From contig NC_081397.1 in NCBI RefSeq assembly GCF_030684315.1, positions 14,966,421-15,030,420 on the forward strand: a DNA stretch of 64,000 nt, written 5' to 3'. The stretch is from Stegostoma tigrinum. Lineage: Eukaryota. The translations under genes and the position numbers were made by a program. Below are positions 54,618-64,000 of the stretch, piece after piece; position 1 is the stretch's first letter; every line of letters begins with the position of its first letter. The notes below the pieces were generated by a model, which was not told the DNA's origin, searched no databases, and saw only the letters and a list, made by a program, of their open reading frames with translations.

Positions 54618-57084
54618 GTATGTTGCACTGTCAGAGCATAGAATATCCTAGCCACAGTGATAGCAGATTCAATCTCACACATTGAATGCAATTTCCAGAG
54701 AGATGTGTTCTAACCAAGAGTCAAACACCATTGAGGAAATACCAGTGTATATGTTTTATCTGTACCGTCACTTCCAGCCACCCAGTTCTAAACAATTTCA
54801 CTTTGGAGGAATGACAGACTGAATCCTCATCCAAAATATATACACAGGAACAGCATGAAATCTGCATTGAGTAAGGGTACTTTTAGTGTTACAGTCAAGT
54901 GAACACATAGATGATGCTGTTAGTTTGACCAACCACATGGGAAGTAGATATGGAGTACAGATATTGAAGCAAACATTTCAGTCAGAAGTAACAGACAGAC
55001 AATTATTATTTCAATGAATATTTGTCTCAATAGTCACAAAACTTAAATAATGTGAATTCCAAATGCACATGCTGTGCCAAAGACTGACATTGAGAGAATT
55101 GTTAATATACACTCTCACTCCCTCTCTTGCACCCTCCTCTCTCTCTCTCACTATCAAATGCATAAACCATCCCAACACACATTCCAACATATAATAGCCA
55201 TGCAATACCATATACATTGCAAGCAACAGAAACTGTCACATCTGGAATGATTTCTACTCACAGAACCATTGTCAGAGAGGCCTGCAGTCCTTCACATTAT
55301 TGAGTCTGTACCGAGAATTCTCATCCCATTCATTCAACATTTCATTCACACAAATGTATGATAGCAGCAGAGGAGCTGCCATCCCCATCTTTATCGCAAC
55401 ATCATTCTCCTTTTCTTCACCTTTCAGGAATAGAATTTGCTTTGTCTTTTTCAGTCCAGCAAGAAACCTCGAGTACCTCTTTCAAAATTAATCTCAATTT
55501 ATTGTAAAGAGCCTGACATTCCTCCTGGCCCTCCCTTGGATGTATTGCAGAGAAATACCAAGATATCTGAATACAATTTTCACAATAAATCTGTTTAATC
55601 AAGTGGTTACCTTTCGAAGCAGTGCACAAAACAAAAATAGACAAAATTGGTTTGATTGGTAGGTTTGTGAAACACTCCTTTTGTTTCAAAGCAGAGTTGA
55701 ACAGTGTTGATTGTTCAATAAATTGAGTTTCACCCTTTAAATCTGCTGCACTGCAAGACAGAAAATAAACTTCCTTTTCCTTTCCACTTCCCTTCCATAG
55801 AACAACACAAGAGTACCAGTAATTGCTTCCACCATCATGGCACAGAGCAGGGTCATGTCCTGTCTACATCAGGGAATAAGTTCCCCGTTTGTCTTTTCTG
55901 TCCAAGCGACACTGTGTGGTCAGGCAGCAGCAATGCAGTTGAATTGTTCACTGCCATTGGCTTTCACAGTTTACACTGATTGCTACTTTAGCATTACTCA
56001 GAAAAGCATATCACTACACACTGAAAAAGAAACGGATGTTATTCTGACAGTCAATACTTTATATCATAATCCCTGTTCAACTCTACACTATACAAGTTAC
56101 AAAGGCCCATTGTGTTTCCAGTCTTGAATCTGAGGAACAGCACAGAGTCCCTTCTGTAGCAGTGTGTTGCCTTTCACTTGCACGTGATTCCCACAGGCAC
56201 CAACAATTAATGATCTTCGGTGGTTTCCCATTCACGACAGGAGACGGGAACTGAGATACAGACTGGCAGCACGAGGGAAAACTCACTCACACACAGCCAG
56301 TGGATGCTAAAAGGAAAAGAATGAAGTACGGCCTCACAGTAATTTCCAGATATGAACTGACTCTCAAAATCTCTGATTACACCTGAGGATATTGGACTGT
56401 TACAGTGCCCAGTAGTGACAGATAGATTCTACTGCACACTCAACCTCATGCACAATGTAAAAACAAACTGAGACTGAAATGCAATGCAGTTGAGTGCAAT
56501 TGAAAAGAGTTTGACAGAGTTTACGACTCCGACACAAACCACAACTGAACATACGAGAATGAGATCCATGTACTCTCCCTGAGACTGTGGGAAACATATC
56601 AAAACTACCACAATCGTTATGAAAAGCCAGATACCCACAGAACTTATGTCATATTGGCCTTTACAAATAGACGCTGACAATGAGTAGATGAAGTTCACAT
56701 TCCTAACAATTACTGCGGAACTGCTGCATAAAAAATTCCCAGTACAGAGACAGTGGGCTGAATGGTCTGCTCCTATGCTGTACCATATCTGTGATTCTGT
56801 TTTTGGTGAGAAACAAGCAGTTTAATCAGTGGTACCACAGATCTCAGGCTGTGTGACCAAATAGGAAATATGTGACAATTTGTCAGAATGGTTCTCAGAA
56901 TAAAGCAGTTCCCCTCCTGTTGTCACCCCATGTCCTCAACTTCTCCACCCCCCCCTCACCTACCACAAGGACTGACACTCAACTCATAAATCACACAATG
57001 CAGAAGACATTAAGACGCAGCCTCAACACCCTAAAAATAACCATCACAGAGTGAATCATACAGTCACAGAATACTACTGGCCTT

Positions 57085-57210
57085 CAGAGACTTAGCCATT
57101 TTGATACATGAGGAGAAACTGACACGTACAGATTGATAACTACACCCAGAGACTTAGCCATTTTGATACATGAGGAGAAACTGACACGTACAGATTGATA
57201 ACTACACCCA
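57085..57210 (+). repeat. Perfect 62-bp tandem duplication
   Basis: CAGAGACTTAGCC...GATAACTACACC starts at 57085 and again at 57147. Confidence 0.92.
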
Positions 57211-57570
57211 CTTGTTCATATTGCAGAAACACACAAATGATGACAAAACATTGACTACAATGTAAAGGTGTGACTGTAGTTATCAGTCTCTCTTGGTTTC
57301 TGCTAATGTCAGTCATGCATTCGCATTGCAGGAACTGTCAGGGAGAGATGAATAACTTCACCCTCATTCTCAAAGCTAAAACGGACATACGCAATGATAA
57401 CTACACTCCCAGTTTCACAGAGCAGAAACTGACAAGTATAGTCTGTTAACTAGACTCTCCTATTTACAGAGCAGAATCTCACAGGTACATGTTGGGAACA
57501 GCACCCACACATTCACCCAGCAGGAACTGACAGGTGTACTTCGATAAGTGCATTTACACACTGACAAGGC
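57110..57570 (+). repeat. Degenerate 47-49-bp tandem repeat array (resumes at 58830-58950 after a PLE)
   Basis: GCAGAAACTGACAAGTATAG and GGAACTGACAGGTGTAC variants. Confidence 0.7.
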
Positions 57571-57574
57571 AGTT

Positions 57575-58830
57575 CAGTATTTGGTCTGTCTGTGTTGTTT
57601 TCCTGTAGACGCTGGTTTGAAGTTCCCCATTAACTGGTCGCTCTACTGTGGTACCTAGGAATGCAGTTTGTTGTTGTGTTCCTCCTCTTTTGTGAATTTT
57701 ACATCAGGAAGGATATTATTGATGGTCTTGAATGTTTCCTCTAATTTGTTTCGTTTAGTGATGACAAAGGTGTCATCACGTAGCAGACCCAAAGTTTGGG
57801 TTGGATGATTGGCAGAGCTGTTTGTTCGAGTCTCTGCACTACTCCCTCTGCTAAGAACCCTGATCTCGGAGATCCCATGGGTGTACCGTTAGTTTGTCTG
57901 TAGGTTTTGTTATTGAAAGTGAAGTGGGTGGTGAGGCATAGGTCCACGAGCTTGATGATTTTGTCCTTGCTGATGAGGTTGGTGGTGTCTGGTGTATGTG
58001 TCTTTGGTTCTTCTACTAGTGTAGTCAGTGTTTCTTTGGCCAGATTGATGTTGATGGATGTGAACAGGGCTGTTACGTCAAAGGAGACCATTGTTTCATC
58101 CTCTTCTATCTTGGTGCTTTTGATGGTGTTCAAGAATTCTTGGCTGGAGTGAATGGAGTGGCGTGAGTCTTCTACTCGGTGTTTTAGTCTTTGGTGTAGT
58201 TCCTTGGCTAGTCTGTATGTTGGTGTTCTAGGTAGTGAGACTATGGGTCTGAGGGGAGCTCCTGGTTTGTGAATTTTGGGTAGTCCGTAGAAGCGTGGTG
58301 TGTTGGATCCATCTGGTTTCATTTTTTGGAAGAGTCTCTTGTTTAATTCTCCAGATTTTTGAAGTTTTATGAGTGAGGCTGTGATTCGGTTCTCCAGTTG
58401 TGGGGTCAGGTCTGTCGCCACCTGTTGGTAAATATCCACCAAAAGACATGACCCACGATCACTAGTATCCTTGCATACAGATGAGGAAGGCCACCACTTT
58501 GGGACAACACATCCATCCATCTTGGACAAGACAAACAGAGACACGCACAAGAATTCCTGGAAGCATGTCATTCCAACCGAAACTCCATCAACAAACAGAG
58601 ATTTGGAGCTCATCTACCACCCTTTGAGAAAAAGAACAGGAAATGACATCACCGGCACAGGAAGTGACATGACCAACCCAAGGAAACCTAAACACCAGCG
58701 CTTCACCGTAGGCTCACTGATGATGTTACCTAGAATGGTGACGAAACTTCTGAAAATGAACCTTCCAGCTTAGTGAGCAAACTTACATCCAGAACCTCAA
58801 ATTGAGCTACAAATCTTCTCAAAACTCGCT
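57575..58830. mobile_element. Penelope-like element: RT on - (57575-58430) and inverted 3' end on + (58435-58830)
   Basis: PRFYGLPKIHKPGAPLRPIVS, SFDVTALFT and GTPMGSP (PLE RT). Hammerhead-like motif at 58717-58747. Confidence 0.88.
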
Positions 58831-58954
58831 AACAGATTAATATTGTCACTTGCAATTCTCAGCAGAAACTAACAGGTACAGGCTGGTAAATAGTCATACA
58901 TTTACGTAAGAGAAACTGACAGATATATATATAGATAAATATATTGATTGTAGA

Positions 58955-59780
58955 AATGATTTGGAGTTGGGTATTGAGGATAAAATCTCTAAATTTACAG
59001 ATCATACTAAGCCATGGAGAAGAGTGCATTGTGAGGATGATACTGAGTGACTTCACAGGGACATTGACAAGTTGGCCAAATGGGCAGAAACCTGCCAGAT
59101 AAATTTCAATGCAGAAAAATATGAGCTTATGCATTTTGCTGAGAAAAATGCAAAGAAACAATACAAGCTTAAGGGTACAGCTTTAAAGAGAAAATTGGAA
59201 CAGAGAGATCTTGGGGTTCATGTGCATCGTTCTCTGAAGGTGGCCAGGCCAGTTGAAACAGTTGTGAAGCAGGTTCAAAGGATCTTTGAGTTTAAAAATA
59301 GAGGCATTGAGTCTCAAAGCAAGGAAGTAATGCTACATCTCTACAAATCATTGTTAAGACCACATTGCTCAGGCAACGCTTGTGTTCAGTTCTAGGCACC
59401 TTATTTAAGGAAGAACACTCTGGAGATGGTTTAAAGGTGTCACTAGAATGACAGCAGGAATGAAGGATTTTACGTTCAAAGAAAGATTAATGAAACCAGG
59501 CTTATTCTCCATGGAGCAGAGGGGTCACAAATGGTGGTGTTCACAATAATGAAGAATTTTGAGAGGGTAAAGTAGAATACTCTGTTTCCACTATGTCAGT
59601 AACCAGGGGTCACAATTTCAAATTTGTCACCAAGACAGCTAGGAGTGAGATGAGGAGAAACATCTTTGGAGCATTGTTCAGATTTGGAATGCACTGCCTG
59701 GGAGAGTGGTGGAGGTGGATTCCATATGAGGTATGAAGAGAGAGCTGGATATATGTTTGAAAATGATGAAGTTAGAGGGT
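58955..59780 (+). mobile_element. Old CR1 LINE fragment
   Basis: QRDLGVHVHRSLKV and LYKSLLRPH. Confidence 0.8.
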
Positions 59781-60399
59781 AATGAAGATCAGGCTGGGGA
59801 ATAATCAAACCTCTGATAATAGCTCACCACAATTAAAAAATAAATGCAGAGTAGATTCAATTCATTGGCTCATCTGCCCTGATACACTCACCAGGAGATC
59901 AAATGGATACTCAAGTTAGGAATGGACAGCACAAAATCTCAAATCCCTGCCATCAAGGGTCAGATCATGCTGCAGCAGAAGAAATTGGCCCACTCAGACT
60001 TATGTGAGAGACAGTTATTCCGATGGCTTCTCAAGGCAAATTCATGTTTGGAGTTGATGTCTGGCTGAGTGAATGGGAACAAAGCTTAGCCATGTCTCAG
60101 CTGCAGAAACCTGACGCTCCTCTGTCCTCTCTTCCTTCTCCCCCTTATTTGCTGGAAGGAACAATTGCTATCCATCAATTTGTGAGGCATTGAAGGGATT
60201 CTTCTGTGCTGTCTCACAATGTCCGCGGAAGATTGACAGAAACATTTCCCTCTTCACCTTGACCTGGTTCCTCATCCCCTCGCATATCTGTGTGCCTCAG
60301 GGTGGTGTATGTGATGCAGGATGGTTGCTGGTCTGCTTGCTCAGCCTGAAAATAGGACAATACAGAAACATAGTAAATGAGGAGCAGGAGCAAAATCGG

Positions 60400-61400
60400 T
60401 GGCCTCATGGACAGTGAAGGTGGTTATCTCAGAGTACATTGGGAACTTGATCAACTGGGCCAATGGGCCGAGGACTGGCAGGTAGAGTTTAATTTAGACA
60501 AATATAGAGGTGTTGCATTTTTGCTGAGGCAAACCAGGGCAGGTTAATGGTAGGGCCGTGGGGAGTGTTGTCAAACAGAGGGATCGAAGGGTGCAGGCAC
60601 ACATTTCCATAAAGTGGAGTCACAGGCGGACAGCAAGTTTGGAACAGTTGCCTTCATCAGTTCCAACACTGAGTGTAGGAGTTGGGATGTTATGATGTGG
60701 CTGTCCAAGACATTTTGCCCCTAAGAACTCGATGCTGCTACTTGAACAACATTCACTACTCTGATCCCAACCACTTTCTGTGGCAGAGAATCCCATTGGC
60801 TCCCCACCCTCTTGGTGAAGACATTTCTCCCCACCCTCAGCCCTTCCCCATCTCCTTTAGACTGTGACCCCCTGAGGGAGGACTCATGTGCCCTTAGCCC
60901 CATGTCCAGCCATCTGCAACATCTGTGTTTACCCCTGTTAAGTCCCATTGAAATTTCACAGGTTTCTATGAGATGACTCCTCATTCTTCTAAACTCCAGT
61001 GAATATAATCCTAAGCGATCCAGTCTGTCCTTATCCTTCAGTCCTGCCATCCCAGGATTCAGTCTGGGAAACCTCGGCTGCACTCCCTCCATAGCCAGGA
61101 CATCCATCCTCAGAGACGGAGACCCCAGACTGCAGACACAATACAGCAGGATATGGTCTCTCCCTGTACAATTTCAGCAAGACAGCCCTGCTCCTGGACT
61201 GGAACCTTCTCACTATGAAGGCCAACATCACATTTCCATTCTTCACCATCTGCTGCTCCTGTAATGCTCACTGTCACTGACTGGTGTATGAGGTACATCC
61301 AGGACTTGGAGCACCCCCACATCCCAATCCGGCGGATAAAAACCCAATTTCCTGGTTTTGCACCCAAAGCAGATAACGTCACTCTGATCTACATTGAACT
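60400..61400. mobile_element. CR1 fragments, + (60400-60710) then - (60720-61400)
   Basis: RLDRLGLYSLEFRRMRSHLIET on minus, CR1 RT C-terminal remnants on plus. Confidence 0.7.
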
Positions 61401-62329
61401 GCATGAATCATTTCAGTGTTGAGCCAACAAGCTGGACATTCGGAGGGGGTGGATGGTGAACGTGGGGATATAGAGGGGTGAATGGTGAGAAAAACAAACT
61501 TTATCTGGAAGACAGTGAGAGTTTACGGGATGAGCAATTAATATCTGGGGTTGTGACACAGACCAGTTCCTCTTAGAAAAGCACACAGTTGGAACAAGCC
61601 TAAAACTGACGATGACAAATGTTATTTCTCTGTACTTTGAACAGGGTGTGGCCAGCTCTGCCAAGGTGGCAAGGGGATGCCAATCTCAAAACGTCCTTGA
61701 ATAGATCAACATGCTCGACCTGAAGGTAATGAGGAGTTTGCAAAGGGTTAAGAGTCACGTGCAGAGCAGATCAGGTGAGAATGGCAGATTTTGCTCCCAT
61801 AAGGACCATCAGAGACAGGAATGGGAGTAGGATATTCGGCCCCTCGATCCTGCTCCAAAATTCAATAGGACTGTGGCTGATCCAACATTCCTCATGTCCA
61901 CTTTCCTGCCCTTCCCATTGATTCCCTGTCTGATCAAGAAACTGTAAATCCCAGCCTTAAATCTGCCTTCCCCCTGCTGCCACAAATACATACAGCTCTG
62001 TCTAGCAAGGAGTTCCAAAGTCTCTCATCTCCCTGAGAGAAGAAATAACTTTTCATGTCAGTCTTCACTATTGAACCAGATCGTTCTTTGCTTCTCACAA
62101 TGGTCATCATTAGAGCCTTAACTCCAGATCTGTTTTGTTTAAAGTTTAAGTCAAAATCCGTGACCTGCAATAGCAAGATTTAATTTCAAGTCCTCACAGT
62201 ATATCCCAGGCATCTGACAAAATAGGATATTGCCTCCCCATTATTTCGAAATTGAAAGTGAATCACACTAAAGTGCGGTGTTCAGATCAAAATAAATTGC
62301 CCCGCACCTTTGAGCCAAACATCGACATC

Positions 62330-62616
62330 AGTGGAATCCCTACAGAGTAGAAGTAAGCCATTCAGTCCATTAAGTCCGTACCAACCATCTGAACAGCATC
62401 CCACACAGACCGACTCCTCTAACGTATCCCTGTAACCATGCATTTCCCATGGTTAATCTCCCTAATCTACCAGCCCCGGACACTATGCGTAAATTAGAAT
62501 GACCACTCCACCGAACCTGCACACCTTTCGACAATGGGAGAAGACTGGAGCACCCGGTGGAAACCACACACACAATATGAGGCAGCAGTGCTAATCACTG
62601 AGCCACCGTGTTGCCC
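62330..62616 (-). mobile_element. HE1/V-SINE, near full length with internal deletion
   Basis: Minus strand starts GGGCAACACGGTGGCTCAGTGATTAGCACTGCTGCCTCA (tRNA-derived A box), followed by the V-domain and a CR1-like tail. Confidence 0.8.
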
Positions 62617-62781
62617 AGTGTTTTTGCCGTGTAGGGCTTGGTTAGCTCAGTTGACTGTCTGGTCGTGCTGAAAGTGTGTGGTTCAGTTTCTGCACTGGTT
62701 GAGATTGCTGTGAATGATCGTTCCCCTTTGCCTGAGATGTGGTGACCCTCAGGTTAAACAGTTGAAAAGTTAAACAACAAA

Positions 62782-63114
62782 NNNNNNNNNNNNNNNNNNN
62801 NNNNNNNNNNNNNNNNNNNNNNNNNNNNNNNNNNNNNNNNNNNNNNNNNNNNNNNNNNNNNNNNNNNNNNNNNNNNNNNNNNNNNNNNNNNNNNNNNNNN
62901 NNNNNNNNNNNNNNNNNNNNNNNNNNNNNNNNNNNNNNNNNNNNNNNNNNNNNNNNNNNNNNNNNNNNNNNNNNNNNNNNNNNNNNNNNNNNNNNNNNNN
63001 NNNNNNNNNNNNNNNNNNNNNNNNNNNNNNNNNNNNNNNNNNNNNNNNNNNNNNNNNNNNNNNNNNNNNNNNNNNNNNNNNNNNNNNNNNNNNNNNNNNN
63101 NNNNNNNNNNNNNN
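62782..63114. other. Assembly gap (N run)
   Basis: 333 consecutive N. Confidence 0.99.
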
Positions 63115-63289
63115 TCTACATGAACCACCTGCTAAAAACGTAACTTTGCTGATTAAAAATTAACTGCCAGCTTTTTCACTGCAAAATAACTTGCGTGTTT
63201 CCCGCCTGATGCAACATCACAGTGAGCTGTAAATAAAAGAAAAGACACTTTAATGACAGAATGTATCTAAATGCACGGGGAGAGGGTGT

Positions 63290-64000
63290 AGAGGCAGATT
63301 TACCAGGATGTTGCCTTCGACACTGGAGAGTGCCAGTGATGGAGAGAGATTGGACAGACTGGGGTTCTTATCGTCAGAGCAGAGGAGATTGAGATGCTGG
63401 ACATGATTGGGATGTATCAAATGATGAGGGCCCATAGATTGGGTAAGCAGGAAGAAAGATTTCCTCCTTGATGGAGGGAGCAATGAGGGACCAAGTTTTC
63501 ACCCAGAAGCTGGTGGGGAACCTGCAACTTGCTACCTGTGAAGATGGGAGAGGCAGAAACCCTCATCACATATGAAGAAGAATTTTGATGTGCACCTGGG
63601 ATGCCAAGGCAATGGGCTGAGTGCTGGGGAAATGGAATTAGAGAATGGTGACGTGGTGTTTTTAACTGGCACAGGCTCGATGGGCCTTTTATTGGCACTG
63701 GAGACCTCTCCAACACTGTGACTAGCGCACTTTGGGATGTGTGTTCTACATCCAGTATACTATTTAGATGCAATGCGATTTTGTCCATGTCATTTTCTGA
63801 GGTAAGCGGTTTGGCTTATGAGGAGAGATTGAGCAGTTTCGGCCAATAATCTCTGGAGTTTAGAAGAATGAGAGGAGATCTCATTGAGGGATATAAGATG
63901 GAAAGGAGAAGGAAAGAGAATGATTGCTCATGTGGGACAATCTGGAACAAGAGTTCAACATTTCAGGAGAAGGGGCTGGGACAGATTGAAAACAGAGAGA
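63290..64000 (+). mobile_element. Old CR1 3' fragments
   Basis: AGATTTACCAGGATGTTGCC and TCTCTGGAGTTTAGAAGAATGAGAGGAGATCTCATTGA. Confidence 0.65.

Noticed and set aside
62560-62720. tRNA genes
   Set aside because: The A- and B-box-like sequences belong to tRNA-derived SINE heads, with no complete cloverleaf.
62754-63128. 124-aa ORF
   Set aside because: Artefact of the N gap.

Overview
Vertebrate genomic DNA. The repeat complement (HE1/V-SINEs, CR1/HER1-type LINEs, Penelope-like elements, Rex1/Babar) points to a shark or other elasmobranch. The window is part of a replication-dependent histone locus: intact intronless H2A (-, 4.8-5.2 kb), H1 (-, 18.0-18.6 kb) and a block H2B(+), H2A(+), H3.2(-), H4(-) at 38.5-43.6 kb. 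Each of these six genes has the 16-nt 3' stem-loop, and there is also an H1 relic at 44.5 kb. Most remaining ORFs are decayed retrotransposons. Between the histone genes lies an unnamed, locally amplified unit that the ORF track does not show. It consists of a CpG-rich NRF1-motif promoter with a Kozak-ATG first exon (3 near-identical copies, plus 1 copy with exon 1 deleted), an ~82-nt exon-like module with splice signals (7 copies), and kilobase arrays of a degenerate 47-49-bp repeat that nearly always point the same way as the exons. The units face outward on both sides of H1, giving a ~36-kb mirror arrangement closed by the two inverted H2A genes. Its function cannot be established from sequence alone. 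TE boundaries are approximate and all alignments were done by eye.
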